Below are positions 1 through 11,270 of a stretch of DNA of 64,000 nt, piece by piece. Below the pieces are notes generated by a model that did not search any database, was not told where the DNA came from, and was given only the letters and a program-made list of their open reading frames with translations. Origin of the DNA: Bradymonadia bacterium. GTDB lineage: Bacteria; Myxococcota_A; Bradymonadia; UBA7976; UBA1532. The stretch spans positions 1 through 64,000 of the forward strand of contig JBKAGE010000037.1 in NCBI GenBank assembly GCA_046290225.1. The letters run 5' to 3'. Numbering within the stretch: position 1 is the first letter of the stretch; each line of letters begins with the position of its first letter. Made by a program: the position numbers and the translations under genes.

Positions 1-268
1 GTCCACAGCCTGGCGGTCTACATGTCGAACGAGCAATTCACATGGTCAGCACCTTTCATCTGACATGTTCAAACAGGCTTGGCCTGACGTACCGGAGCCC
101 CGGAGGTGGCGACAGTCGTCGTGAGGTCGGTGAGGTCGTGTGCAGGCGCGGGTTTTCACCCGCAGGCGCAGCGAAGGCTTTTGCTAGCGCTGCGCCGAGG
201 ACGGAAAAATCGTGCCTGTGCGCGAGATCGCCGGCGTCACGGCGGCTGGCGCCGCCGCAGCGCCGGAG

Positions 269-910
269 CTAGAACTGAAAGACCACCCCAGCCGACCAGA
301 CCAGGGCTGACGTGTTCAGTTGACCCATCTCTACGCCGTCACGGGCCAGAGACATCGCCCCGCTCTGCTCGTAGCCCATCTCCAGTGACAGACCCATGCC
401 GAAGGACTCGCTCAGCTCCTTGAGTGAGCCCAGAAGCTCCAGACCTGCCGCGCCCTGCACCATCCAGGCTTGATCCCGCGCTGCTACCCGAGAGCCACCT
501 GCAGACCAAGCCGTGTGTAGAAAACGGCGGCCCGCTCCAGCTTTCAGATAGGGACGCATCCAGCCATCCGGCAGCACGTGCCACATCACGTTCGCTCGGA
601 GGTCGTTCACTTCGAGTTGAGTCTCCACCACGCCGTACACCGTGTCTGGCGCCGCGCGGATCACCCAGTTCGCTTCGAGCCAGAGGGCATCGAAGAGCCT
701 GTAGCCCACGGCCAGATCACCACCCGCGAGGTGCTTGTCGGCGCTCAGAGCGGCCACCCCATCATCGAAGAGGCGAGCCCCCGTCGGGCGAATCGTCAGA
801 CGTATCGAGCCCGCCTCTGGGGCCTGGAACTCTACGTCTTCAGCGAGCGCCGAGCCCGAGAGCAGCAAGAGCGCACACACACCACACACCACTGACTTCC
901 ACATGCTCAT
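269..910 (-). CDS. Outer-membrane beta-barrel protein (small, OmpA/OmpW-like barrel), function unknown
   Basis: Signal peptide ending SALA-; alternating amphipathic strands (LAVGYRL, RPYLKAGAG, GAAGLEL); C-terminal beta-signal AGVVFQF; start overlaps the upstream gene's stop. Confidence 0.7.
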   Translation of the reverse strand: MSMWKSVVCGVCALLLLSGSALAEDVEFQAPEAGSIRLTIRPTGARLFDDGVAALSADKHLAGGDLAVGYRLFDALWLEANWVIRAAPDTVYGVVETQLEVNDLRANVMWHVLPDGWMRPYLKAGAGRRFLHTAWSAGGSRVAARDQAWMVQGAAGLELLGSLKELSESFGMGLSLEMGYEQSGAMSLARDGVEMGQLNTSALVWSAGVVFQF

Positions 911-2469
911 CGCTCCAGAATCCCGTCCAACATGAAGCCTCGGCGTGTCTCGAAGGGGCGCTGTCCCAGCTCTGCAGCTGGCACAAAGCTGATCTCACCG
1001 AGCAGCTTGCCGTGATCGAGCACCACCATCGTCTCCCCCTTCACCTGACTCAGATACAGCTCTCCACGCCCCGCGGGCACCGGAGATGACACTCCGCGCC
1101 CCGTCGCCAGCTCGACGCCCACCACCGCAAAGCCACCCTCCACAGAGGGCGTCTCCACCGTGGCGTACGCCCAGGAGCGTGCCGGGTTCAGGCGCACCGA
1201 CTGCAGCGTGCCCGAGATCGCCAGAGGCGTCGCCGTGCCCTCGTCCAAGTCGAGAATCACCAATGTCTCTTTGCCTTCTTCCTCCACCCAGGCCAGGGCC
1301 CTTCGCAGGGTGGGCAGCGGTTCCATCAGGCGCACAGCCCCTGGCAGAGCCAGCGTCGAGACCGCCTGACTCCGGCGAGTCTCCAGCACTGTCAGATCTG
1401 CCACCGAAACGTGGGCGCTGCCTTCCGACCAGAGCAATGCATAGGGCCCCTCATCACCTTCAGGGCGCATCGCCATGAAGGTGCGCACCTGTCGGATGTC
1501 GTGATCCACACTCACCCGCACTCGACGGCCCGTCACCGGATCCACCATGGCCACAGAAGACTCACCGGCGTTCACCGACAACACACGCACACCGTCAGGC
1601 AGCGTCTCCAGCACCATGTCGGAAGGTTGACGACCACTCACCAGAAGGTTCAGAGAGGGCTTCGGGATCGTGCGCTCATCTTCCGGGGCCTGCTCGAAGG
1701 ACAACGCGAAGAGCTGCTCAGTCCCCTCTGCCCGGATAAAAGCCATGGGGCGGTCCTGCACCTCACCCAGAAGCACCTGAGCGGGGGTGATGGTCTCCTC
1801 TGCCCCTTCAGGCACGAGGTGAATCGTCCGCTCGGTCGCCGAGGGCTCAGCCAAATCGATCAGCGTCACATATTGATCCGACAGCACCCACGCCAGCTGA
1901 CGACTTCGACCCATCAGCTCACGCTGCGGATCGATCACCAGCGTCGTGAGCGACTCGCCGAAGGCCCTCAGCGTGCGGGGCGTGGGGTTCGACTCTCCAG
2001 GGGCCGTGGTCAGATCGAAGATGGCGATCTCGTTGGGATTGCGGATCACCGGGCTCGCATCATCCGTGCTCTCCTCGGGGCCGAAGAAGGCCACGGCCCG
2101 GTCCCCTTCGGGAGAGAAAATGGCCTGGTCGAAGTCCGCCGGCATCGAGTATCGGATCCGCGCCGCCTCGTCACTCACCGGCAGCCAGGTGGCGCCCCGC
2201 TGGTCATCCAAAATCAACACCCCGTCGCCATTGGGTGACGGCACCACAGCCCGGGGTCGGGCCTCGAGCGCAATCAAACGCAAGTCGAGCTCACCTGGGG
2301 TGAAGAGCGATACAGCCTGCAGGTCTGGGTGGCTGTAGACCAGGCTGTCTCCGAGGACCACCACACCACTCACCTGCAGCGACTGCTCCCAGCGGCTGTC
2401 ACGCTCGCCACAGCCCATACAGAGCACGAGACAACTCAACAGCACATTTACCCACCTCATCTTCATCAC
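907..2469 (-). CDS. Lipoprotein, probable beta-propeller
   Basis: Lipobox-like CMGC; blade-like motifs (SPNGDGVLI, FSPEGDRAV, LNPARSWAY); overlaps neighbouring genes at both ends. Confidence 0.65.
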   Translation of the reverse strand: MMKMRWVNVLLSCLVLCMGCGERDSRWEQSLQVSGVVVLGDSLVYSHPDLQAVSLFTPGELDLRLIALEARPRAVVPSPNGDGVLILDDQRGATWLPVSDEAARIRYSMPADFDQAIFSPEGDRAVAFFGPEESTDDASPVIRNPNEIAIFDLTTAPGESNPTPRTLRAFGESLTTLVIDPQRELMGRSRQLAWVLSDQYVTLIDLAEPSATERTIHLVPEGAEETITPAQVLLGEVQDRPMAFIRAEGTEQLFALSFEQAPEDERTIPKPSLNLLVSGRQPSDMVLETLPDGVRVLSVNAGESSVAMVDPVTGRRVRVSVDHDIRQVRTFMAMRPEGDEGPYALLWSEGSAHVSVADLTVLETRRSQAVSTLALPGAVRLMEPLPTLRRALAWVEEEGKETLVILDLDEGTATPLAISGTLQSVRLNPARSWAYATVETPSVEGGFAVVGVELATGRGVSSPVPAGRGELYLSQVKGETMVVLDHGKLLGEISFVPAAELGQRPFETRRGFMLDGILER

Positions 2470-4160
2470 CTCACCCTGCTGTTGAGCACGTAGCCACCGA
2501 CGGTGGACACACGGCCAGTCTCGAAATCGAAGAAGCTGATCCGCCCGACGGGATCAGAGAGCGTCACAAAGGCCCGGCCCGCCTCGGGGATCACCCCCGT
2601 GGCCTCGGGGGCTGCTCCGAGGGGCACGTCGACCAGATCGAAGGCCTCGAGGCCCGCCACCTGCAGGCGCCGAACACCTTCAGCCTCATCGCTGAGCATC
2701 ACCAGCACACGCTCCCCCTCTTCGTCGAAGATCGGCCCCAGCGGCAAGCTGGGGGTGGTGTGCAGCTTCGAGTACAGAGAGCTCATCTTCAGCAGCGACC
2801 AGCCGTGACTCTGGGCCAGCGCCTCGTCCGCTGTCGGGGGCTCTCCTGTCATCGAGGGTGGCTCCGCCACATGGCGAATGAAGGCCACGTCACCCTTGGG
2901 CGCCACAGCCACACCCGCCACCCGCTTACGCAAGCGGCGGGTCACCACCACGCCCTCCTCGGACAAGTCGTCCACGCCCACCGACATCACCCCGATCTCA
3001 GGGGTAGAGGCCCCGGCCTCGAAGAGCACGGCGAAGAGCCCCTCCGGGCCAATCGAGGCGGCGTTGAAAGATCCACCAGCGTCGGCCACCTGAACCGCCT
3101 CGAGATCATCGAGAGGCACCCGGGCCACTTGCCCCAGCTCGCCAAGGGTCACCAGGGCCCAACGGCCCTTCGGATCGAGGTCGAGATCCGTAGGCACGGT
3201 CTCCAGCTCCACCCAGGTGAGCTGACCCGACTCGATGTCGAGCACCGAGATCCCCGACTCTCCCGCCCCCAGGCTCAGGGCCTGACGCCGATCGGGCGTG
3301 AGATACACCTCTCTGGGACCGATGGCGACGCTCGAAGGCGCCGTGGGCAGGTTCCGCGCCACCTGTGGGCCACTCAGGGGGTTGCCGTCTTCGTCCATCG
3401 GTGTCAGCGGGAACACCGAGAGGCCGTCCTCGTTGATGACGAGGGCCTGCTGATTGACGCGGTCGAACTCAACCTGTGACGGCTTGAAGCCAATGGCCAC
3501 CTGATGTACGTCGCCCGTTTCCAGAGCCACCACCTGCACGCTCTGAAGGGTAGAAGGTGCCTCCGGCAGCTCGGGCTCCACCTCGAACCAGCAGATCACG
3601 TGCTCTCCCGAGGGCGAAATGCTCAGGCGGTTGTAGCGCCCATCGAGGGCGAGATGGCTGACGGAGATCTCTTCATCTTCCAAGGTGATGATCGACAGCT
3701 CGTCGCTGCCCTCGTTGAGCACCACCGCGCCGCGGCCCTCTGGCCGGGCCTCGACCTGTGTGGGCCGACGGCCCACCTCTACAAGGCCGATCTCCAGCGT
3801 GGTGGCGTCGACATAGATGGTGGTGTCTTGACTGGGGCTGGTGATCCACACCCGGCCATCAGCAATGGAGGGTGGGCTGAAGCCCGGATCAGTGAGGTCG
3901 ACTTCTTCTACAGGACCGGCCCCAGCATCCATCTCTGGTCCTGCCTCTCCTTGAAAGACACATTGATTCTGAAAGCAGACATAACCGCTCTGACACTGCT
4001 CGGTGATCTCACATGGAAAGCCTGCGCCACCGTTGGCGTCAAAGTAGTCGCCAGCACCTTCGCCACACCCACTCCCCATCCACAGCCCGGAGAGCAAAAT
4101 GGCACTCAGGGCCCCCTTCCACACTGTCCATCGCTGATGTTCGCGCCTCATGTGAGTCAT
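2466..4160 (-). CDS. Lipoprotein with a Cys-rich N-terminal module and a YncE/YVTN-like beta-propeller
   Basis: Start moved to 4160 (GAGGAGG RBS); GSGC lipobox; CEITEQCQSGYVCFQNQC module; blades such as VEVGRRPTQV, ISPSGEH, LTPDRRQA, LDPKGRWA. Confidence 0.7.
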   Translation of the reverse strand: MTHMRREHQRWTVWKGALSAILLSGLWMGSGCGEGAGDYFDANGGAGFPCEITEQCQSGYVCFQNQCVFQGEAGPEMDAGAGPVEEVDLTDPGFSPPSIADGRVWITSPSQDTTIYVDATTLEIGLVEVGRRPTQVEARPEGRGAVVLNEGSDELSIITLEDEEISVSHLALDGRYNRLSISPSGEHVICWFEVEPELPEAPSTLQSVQVVALETGDVHQVAIGFKPSQVEFDRVNQQALVINEDGLSVFPLTPMDEDGNPLSGPQVARNLPTAPSSVAIGPREVYLTPDRRQALSLGAGESGISVLDIESGQLTWVELETVPTDLDLDPKGRWALVTLGELGQVARVPLDDLEAVQVADAGGSFNAASIGPEGLFAVLFEAGASTPEIGVMSVGVDDLSEEGVVVTRRLRKRVAGVAVAPKGDVAFIRHVAEPPSMTGEPPTADEALAQSHGWSLLKMSSLYSKLHTTPSLPLGPIFDEEGERVLVMLSDEAEGVRRLQVAGLEAFDLVDVPLGAAPEATGVIPEAGRAFVTLSDPVGRISFFDFETGRVSTVGGYVLNSRVR

Positions 4161-4201
4161 GAGCGGCCTCCTCTGTCTTCTCATCGATGCCGCCAGTTAT
4201 A

Positions 4202-4218
4202 CGCAACACCCGTTCCAC
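4202..4218 (-). promoter_or_regulatory. sigma54 -24/-12 promoter for the lipoprotein/barrel operon
   Basis: GTGGAACGGGTGTTGCG with exact GG-N10-GC spacing, ~40 bp upstream of the start codon. Confidence 0.55.
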
Positions 4219-4335
4219 CCTGAAAGGCTGCCTTTGATGGCCAATCTGCCTCGGGCAACCCCCAGACTGAGAACTGGGGTTGACGGCAGAGTGTGAACCG
4301 CCATTGGATCACGGTGAACCATCGGGGAGTGCACA

Positions 4336-5178
4336 GTGAAGCGAGTGCTCGAGGCGCAAATGCTCAAGACGCGAATGCAGGCCACAGGCGCCATGGTGAT
4401 GTCGGCGATGATCTTCTCGGGGTGTGGAGGCCTCAGCAACGGCAAGGATCTCAAGACCTCTGCCCAGACATGCACTCAGAGCGTCCAGAAACTGCGCAAA
4501 CGACTCGGGCCAGAGATGGGTCAGGTGGTGCAGTCGGTGGCGGTGAAGATCTCTCCCCAGGATGATCCGGCCTGCGCAGTGGTCTACACCCTGCTCGGCG
4601 AGGAGATGTACGGCGAGGGATTGCCGGTGGCCGAGGTGCCAGACCCAGCGATGGATCACCGTCTCGCCCTGGGTACGTGGCACAGCGACGGCAAGGTAGA
4701 CGTGAGCCTCATCGAGTCTTCGCCGGCAAGCCCTGGCGCTGTGCACCTGACCCTCTCAAGCCAGGACGCCGACAAAGACGGCCTCGTCGATCTGGTGGTG
4801 ATGGAAGCCTCGAGTACTCCAGGTAACAGCTGGCAGGGCCTGCGCCTCTTCAGCTTCGCCCAGCTCGACACCCCACCCCACGAGATGTTCACCTCACCGC
4901 TCATGTTCAAGACCCCCGAGGGGGTGGAGCTCGCCGGCGAGTGGGCCTCGGGCAAGGTCAATGGCCGCCCGGCCCTCATGATGAGCTTCGGCAGTCAGAA
5001 GCGGGTGTACTCGTGGGATGCAGTGAACAAGCAGTTCACCTTCGACCAGCTGGCCACGAACGCTCAAGGTGGTGGAGAGCCACCCGCGACGGGCGACGCC
5101 CCCGCAGCGGCGCCGAAGGCCCCGAAAGCGCCTGAAACGCCCGCTTCTGATCTGAGCAAAGAGTTGGGGCTGGATTGA
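4336..5178 (+). CDS. Hypothetical lipoprotein
   Basis: IFSGC lipobox; DADKDG Ca-binding-like loop; Pro/Ala-rich C-terminal tail; start uncertain. Confidence 0.6.
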   Translation: MKRVLEAQMLKTRMQATGAMVMSAMIFSGCGGLSNGKDLKTSAQTCTQSVQKLRKRLGPEMGQVVQSVAVKISPQDDPACAVVYTLLGEEMYGEGLPVAEVPDPAMDHRLALGTWHSDGKVDVSLIESSPASPGAVHLTLSSQDADKDGLVDLVVMEASSTPGNSWQGLRLFSFAQLDTPPHEMFTSPLMFKTPEGVELAGEWASGKVNGRPALMMSFGSQKRVYSWDAVNKQFTFDQLATNAQGGGEPPATGDAPAAAPKAPKAPETPASDLSKELGLD

Positions 5179-5215
5179 GCGGACGGCGGTGCGCAAGCAC
5201 GGCCGTCCGCTTCAA
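5175..5215. terminator. Hairpin between convergent genes, probable bidirectional terminator
   Basis: GCGGACGGC..GTGC-GCAA-GCAC..GCCGTCCGC stem with GNRA loop immediately after the stop at 5178; no long U tract. Confidence 0.55.
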
Positions 5216-5235
5216 GCACAAGCGCGGTCGCCTGC

Positions 5236-5931
5236 TCAATCCCCGTCGGCCACCCGCAGGGTGCTCAGGATGTGCTGCATACGCGCCTCCACCTTGCTGA
5301 TGTTGGGCACGTTGTCGAGCACGATGGCCCGACGCTCACCAGAGGGAATCAGCACCAGGCGGCCACCGCGGATCAAGACGTACTCGATGACGTCGCTGAT
5401 CTCCTTGGAGATGCGCATCTGAGGGGCAGGCCAGCGCTCTACATCACCGAGGAAGCCATGGTGATGCAGGAGCTCGTTGTTCTTGATCTCCCAGTAGTTG
5501 AACCGAACCTTCACGAACACGGCGATGAAGATCATCGCAAAGCCGATGGCCCAGACAAAATAGAAGGTCGAGTTCATGAAGAGGTGCTGTTTCAGTAATG
5601 ACTGAATCATGTTCTGTATCTGTGGATAGATACTCGATAACAACCCCACGATGACCACCACAAGCACCACGACGATGCTGGTCAGCCGGGTGTAGTCGAA
5701 AGCCACCACTGACAAGTTGAAGAAGAACAGCAGCGTAAAGATCAAGCCCACCGGGCCTGGGTTCAGGAGCAAATCCGCAGGGGGCACATCGCCCACAGTG
5801 AAGTGCATGTAAAGACCCGCTGCCAGGGCAGCGATCAAGGTGGGGTAGAAGTAGATCACCGAAGGGTAGGGTCGGATCACCACTCGGGAGGGCAAGCTCC
5901 CGCTCTCGTCACCGCTCATCTCGACTCCCAT
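5236..5931 (-). CDS. Membrane protein (~4 TM helices) with a C-terminal bacterial PH-like domain
   Basis: Four hydrophobic segments followed by NYWEIKNNELLHHHGFLG...GRLVL...LDNVPN pattern. Confidence 0.6.
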   Translation of the reverse strand: MGVEMSGDESGSLPSRVVIRPYPSVIYFYPTLIAALAAGLYMHFTVGDVPPADLLLNPGPVGLIFTLLFFFNLSVVAFDYTRLTSIVVVLVVVIVGLLSSIYPQIQNMIQSLLKQHLFMNSTFYFVWAIGFAMIFIAVFVKVRFNYWEIKNNELLHHHGFLGDVERWPAPQMRISKEISDVIEYVLIRGGRLVLIPSGERRAIVLDNVPNISKVEARMQHILSTLRVADGD

Positions 5932-6053
5932 CAGAAGATAACATCAGCAGAAAATGATTGCGGATTGGTTGTGTCAGGTCTGCGCACGCAGGTCAACTGC
6001 GTGGTCCCAACCCACGAATCTGCATCGTCAATTTGATGGGAGTGAGGAGGCGC

Positions 6054-6770
6054 TCAGGGGTTGGCGGGGGCCGGTGCGGGGGCTGCAGGGGCAGGGACGG
6101 GCGCAGCAGCGGGCGCCGGAGCAGCAGCAGGTGCAGGGGCCGCGGCAGGCGCAGGCGCTGCACCAGGTACAGCTGCTGGTGCGGGGGCCGGCGCAGGGGC
6201 GTCAGGCAGGCCAGCAGGGACAACCCCACCAGGCACGACACCGCCAGGGGCGACACCGCCAGGGGCGACGCCCTGCTGGTCGAAGCCGCCGGGCAGCACC
6301 TTGATCTCCTTCACCTCTTTGCGGGTGCGCTCGTCTTCGGGGGCCACATCCTCACGGGGCAGACCCTGCACGCCCTGGAGCGGCTTCTCCTTCTCGAGCT
6401 TCAGCTGGGTCTTCTCAGCCTCTTGCTGGGCGTAGGTGCTGCGGACCTCGTCAACGTACTCGCGGCCCTTCATGTCCAGGATGGTGAAGATGAAGAACAG
6501 CGACAGGAAGATGAGGCCAAAGCCGAAGACCGCAGCGTTGAGCCGCTCGTCATGGGCCAGGTGCATGAAGAACAAGCCCACCAGCGAGGCCTTGATGGTG
6601 GCCACGAACATGGCGATGAACATGTTCAGGGGCCCGAAGTCGAACTGCGCGATCCACACCGTGACGAAGGTGAGGAACAAAAGCGCACCGAAGACCTTCA
6701 GGTACAGCGACATAGGGGCGACGTGATCACCCAGAACGGAATGATGACCGTGATCGGCGTTGTGGCTCAT
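6054..6770 (-). CDS. ctaF: Cytochrome c oxidase subunit IV (caa3 type) with a long low-complexity C-terminal extension
   Basis: YLKVFGALLFLTFVTV...IATIKA-like VATIKASLVGLFFMHL motif; last gene of the oxidase cluster. Confidence 0.85.
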   Translation of the reverse strand: MSHNADHGHHSVLGDHVAPMSLYLKVFGALLFLTFVTVWIAQFDFGPLNMFIAMFVATIKASLVGLFFMHLAHDERLNAAVFGFGLIFLSLFFIFTILDMKGREYVDEVRSTYAQQEAEKTQLKLEKEKPLQGVQGLPREDVAPEDERTRKEVKEIKVLPGGFDQQGVAPGGVAPGGVVPGGVVPAGLPDAPAPAPAPAAVPGAAPAPAAAPAPAAAPAPAAAPVPAPAAPAPAPANP

Positions 6771-6783
6771 GTGTCAGCCCCTC

Positions 6784-7434
6784 TCAAACCAGATAAAGCA
6801 GCGGGAACAGGTAGATCCAGATGAGGTCCACCAGGTGCCAGTACAGGGCCCCGATCTCCACGGGGGTGTAGTAGTCCTGGTAGAAGTGGCCCTTCATGGC
6901 CTTGAACATCACCCAGGTCAGCATGCACATGCCCAGCACCACATGGATGCCGTGCAGGCCAGTCATCATGAAGTAGATGCTGAAGAAGATGTGGGCCTTG
7001 GCCTCTTTGATCCCGGCGAAGTCGTACAACGGCCCTGGCAGCATGCCCTCGTGAATCTTGTGGCTGTACTCGAAGTACTTCACCACGAGGAACCCGCCTG
7101 CGAGCAGGATCGTCAGGGCGAGCAGGCCGACAATCTGGCCATTCTTCTCGCCATTCTTGTTGGTCTGTGCGGCGCGCACGGACAACACAGCGGTGAGGGA
7201 GCTGGTGATCAGCAACCCGGTGTTCACCGTACCGAGCTGCCAGTTGAGGGTGGCCGAAGCCTCCTTCCACATCTCGGGGTACAGATCTTTGAAGATCGCG
7301 TAGGCCACGAAGAGCCCGCCGAAGAGCAGGATCTCGGTGACCAGAAACAGCCACATGCCCAGCTTGGCGGAGTTGAACTCCTGCTTCGCTGACTCAAAGT
7401 GGTGGCCGACCTCATGCTTGACGATGCTGCTCAT
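6784..7434 (-). CDS. ctaE: Cytochrome c oxidase subunit III (short form)
   Basis: LGMWLFLVTEILLFGGLF, TGLHGIHV, LYWHLVDLIWIYLFPLLY; start 7434 preferred over 7473. Confidence 0.93.
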   Translation of the reverse strand: MSSIVKHEVGHHFESAKQEFNSAKLGMWLFLVTEILLFGGLFVAYAIFKDLYPEMWKEASATLNWQLGTVNTGLLITSSLTAVLSVRAAQTNKNGEKNGQIVGLLALTILLAGGFLVVKYFEYSHKIHEGMLPGPLYDFAGIKEAKAHIFFSIYFMMTGLHGIHVVLGMCMLTWVMFKAMKGHFYQDYYTPVEIGALYWHLVDLIWIYLFPLLYLV

Positions 7435-7572
7435 CTGCTCTCTTGTGGCCTCTCTGAAGAGGGTGGCACCCATCGCTGGGCAGCAGGTGTTTAAAAGGGT
7501 ACGCGTTCGATTTCAAGCGCCGTTGCACACTGCCAGAAGCCTGTGTGCTCCGGTGCGGGCTCCAAACATCAC

Positions 7573-9210
<1,638 letters not shown>

Positions 9211-9228
9211 GATGCTGTCTTCCGCCTT

Positions 9229-10314
9229 TTACTTGAGGGTCTTCATCCAGCTGATCAGATCGTCGATCTGATCATCGCTGAGCTGGCCTTTGAACGACGG
9301 CATACCCCCGGCATACCCCTCCACCAGCTTGGCGTTGGGCTCCAGGATGGATTCCCGAATGTAGTTCTCGTCCACCTTCACCGGATCCATGCCGGTGATC
9401 TTCTCCATGCGGCCGTAGAGGCCCTTGAAAGAGGGGCCCACCAGACGGTTGCCGTCCAGGGTGTGGCAGCTCTTGCAGAGGCCATCGTACACCTTCTTGG
9501 CGCGGGCGATGGGATCTTGAGGACCGAAGCCGGTCTTCTTCATCCGCAGCTCGTACTCGTCCTGGGGCAGGACGACCACGGTGGCGAGCATGGCGCTGTG
9601 GCTGGTGCCGCAGTACTCGGTGCAGTACACCTGGTACTGGGGGAGCATGGGCATGCTGGCCTTGGGCTCGGGGGCCGGCTGCTTCTTGGCGATGGCAGCC
9701 TTCATGGCGTCGAAGTCGGCCTTGGCGTCGGGGTACTTCTTCCAGTACTCCGCCACGGTGTTGGCCTTGGCCTCGAACCAGACGCTGCTGTAACGACCAG
9801 GGACCACATCCTGCTTCACCCGGAAGGCGGGCACGTAGAAGGAGTGGATGACGTCTTTGGAGTTCATGACCAGCTTCACCGGCTTGCCTTCGGGCACGAA
9901 GAGCTCACCGGGGGTCTGATCGCCATTGGAGTACTTGAACGACCAGCTCCACTTCTGGGCTGTGGCCTTGATCTCCATGGCGTCCACAGGGGCGACGTGC
10001 AGATCCATGAACACGTTGAAGCCCCAGACGAAGATACCCAACACGAGAATTGTGGGGATACCTGTCCAGAGGATCTCGATCTTTGTGCTGTGGGCGATCT
10101 GGCTTGTTGCAAGCTGATCGGCATCACGACGGCGGTACTTGGCGACCAGGTACACCACCGCGAATGTGATCAGCAGGAAGAAGAAGACGCAGATCCAGTA
10201 GATCCCGTAGTACAGATCGTCGACGCCCTCGGCCACCGTGGAGGCCTGCGGGGGCATCCACAAGGTGGCGTCGGCCACGGCGTTGGTGCCTTCGGCTCCT
10301 GTCTCCATCACCAC
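9229..10314 (-). CDS. ctaC: Cytochrome c oxidase subunit II fused to cytochrome c (caa3)
   Basis: Two TM helices, EILWT, DVIHSF, CuA motif CTEYCGTSHSAM, C-terminal CKSCH and MPSF. Confidence 0.95.
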   Translation of the reverse strand: MVMETGAEGTNAVADATLWMPPQASTVAEGVDDLYYGIYWICVFFFLLITFAVVYLVAKYRRRDADQLATSQIAHSTKIEILWTGIPTILVLGIFVWGFNVFMDLHVAPVDAMEIKATAQKWSWSFKYSNGDQTPGELFVPEGKPVKLVMNSKDVIHSFYVPAFRVKQDVVPGRYSSVWFEAKANTVAEYWKKYPDAKADFDAMKAAIAKKQPAPEPKASMPMLPQYQVYCTEYCGTSHSAMLATVVVLPQDEYELRMKKTGFGPQDPIARAKKVYDGLCKSCHTLDGNRLVGPSFKGLYGRMEKITGMDPVKVDENYIRESILEPNAKLVEGYAGGMPSFKGQLSDDQIDDLISWMKTLK

Positions 10315-10327
10315 ACTCCAGGGCGCT

Positions 10328-11263
10328 TCAAACGCCCGTCGCTTCTTTGCTCATCGACTCAGAGCCCTCATCGCCCTGAGTGAAGTCACCCTGACTTTGG
10401 GCACGACGCGCACGCTTCTCGCGTCGCCTGAGCACAAAAATCAAACTGCCAAGTATGGCGATGGTCAGCAGCCCTCCGAGCCGCATCACACCCCATACGT
10501 AGATTCCGTATTTCTTGGAGTCCGGGTTGTAGTGGAAGCACGTGAGCAAAAACTGCTCGATGGTGCTGCCCAACTCACCGTCTCCAGATTCGACCAGCGC
10601 CATACGGAGCTGATCAGAGGGGAACTGAATCCCGTAGAGGTAGCGAGCGATGGTGCCGTCGGGGGTGGCCAGCAGAATGGCAGCGCCATGGGCATACTGC
10701 TTCTGTGACGGGTCCCACTTGTAACCAAAGCCCACGTCCTCGGCGAGGCGCTTGAGGTTGGCCTGCTTCCCCGTGAGGAAGTGCCAGCCTTCAGCGGCCT
10801 CAGGGCGGCCCAGAGCCTCGATGTAGGTCTCTTTCTTCGCCGCCGCCAGCGTGTGCTCTTCACGATGGTTGATCGTGAAGTTGAGCACCGTGAAATCCTT
10901 GCCTGGGGTCCACTCCAGGCCCTTCATGCCTTCGAGGGCCCCGTTGAGGACCAGCCCGCACAGCATCGGACATTCGTAATAACCGGGGATCAGGATCACC
11001 GGCTTGTCGCCCTGCTCGAAGTAGCTGCCGAGCGTCACGGTCTTGCCGTGCTCGTCCACCAGCTCGAGATCGAGGGGCAACTTCTCGCCGATGTGCTCCA
11101 CCACCTCGACCCCATCAAACTCCTTGGGTTTGATGTTGAGCTGAGCCTCCGCCTGAGGGATCGCGGCGACCGTCACTGCCACAGCGGCGATGAACATCGC
11201 AACCAGGCTGGCCGCTGCCCTCATGGGGACTGCGCTCAAAGTTGGGGTGAGGCGACGAGACAT
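10328..11263 (-). CDS. SCO1/SenC copper chaperone
   Basis: YYECPMLC (CxxxC), WHFLTG, QYAH; C-terminal TM helix; lies between the act and oxidase genes. Confidence 0.9.
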   Translation of the reverse strand: MSRRLTPTLSAVPMRAAASLVAMFIAAVAVTVAAIPQAEAQLNIKPKEFDGVEVVEHIGEKLPLDLELVDEHGKTVTLGSYFEQGDKPVILIPGYYECPMLCGLVLNGALEGMKGLEWTPGKDFTVLNFTINHREEHTLAAAKKETYIEALGRPEAAEGWHFLTGKQANLKRLAEDVGFGYKWDPSQKQYAHGAAILLATPDGTIARYLYGIQFPSDQLRMALVESGDGELGSTIEQFLLTCFHYNPDSKKYGIYVWGVMRLGGLLTIAILGSLIFVLRRREKRARRAQSQGDFTQGDEGSESMSKEATGV

Positions 11264-11270
11264 GACGAGA

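Noticed and set aside
1..268. Hairpins at ~148-163 and 165-196 as an ncRNA or the start of a gene
   Set aside because: Short GC-rich stems downstream of a gene end, cut off by the window edge; too little evidence for a call.
7435..7572. Hairpin in the gap between oxidase subunits I and III
   Set aside because: Only a 6-bp stem with no U tract or promoter match; it cannot be distinguished from chance.
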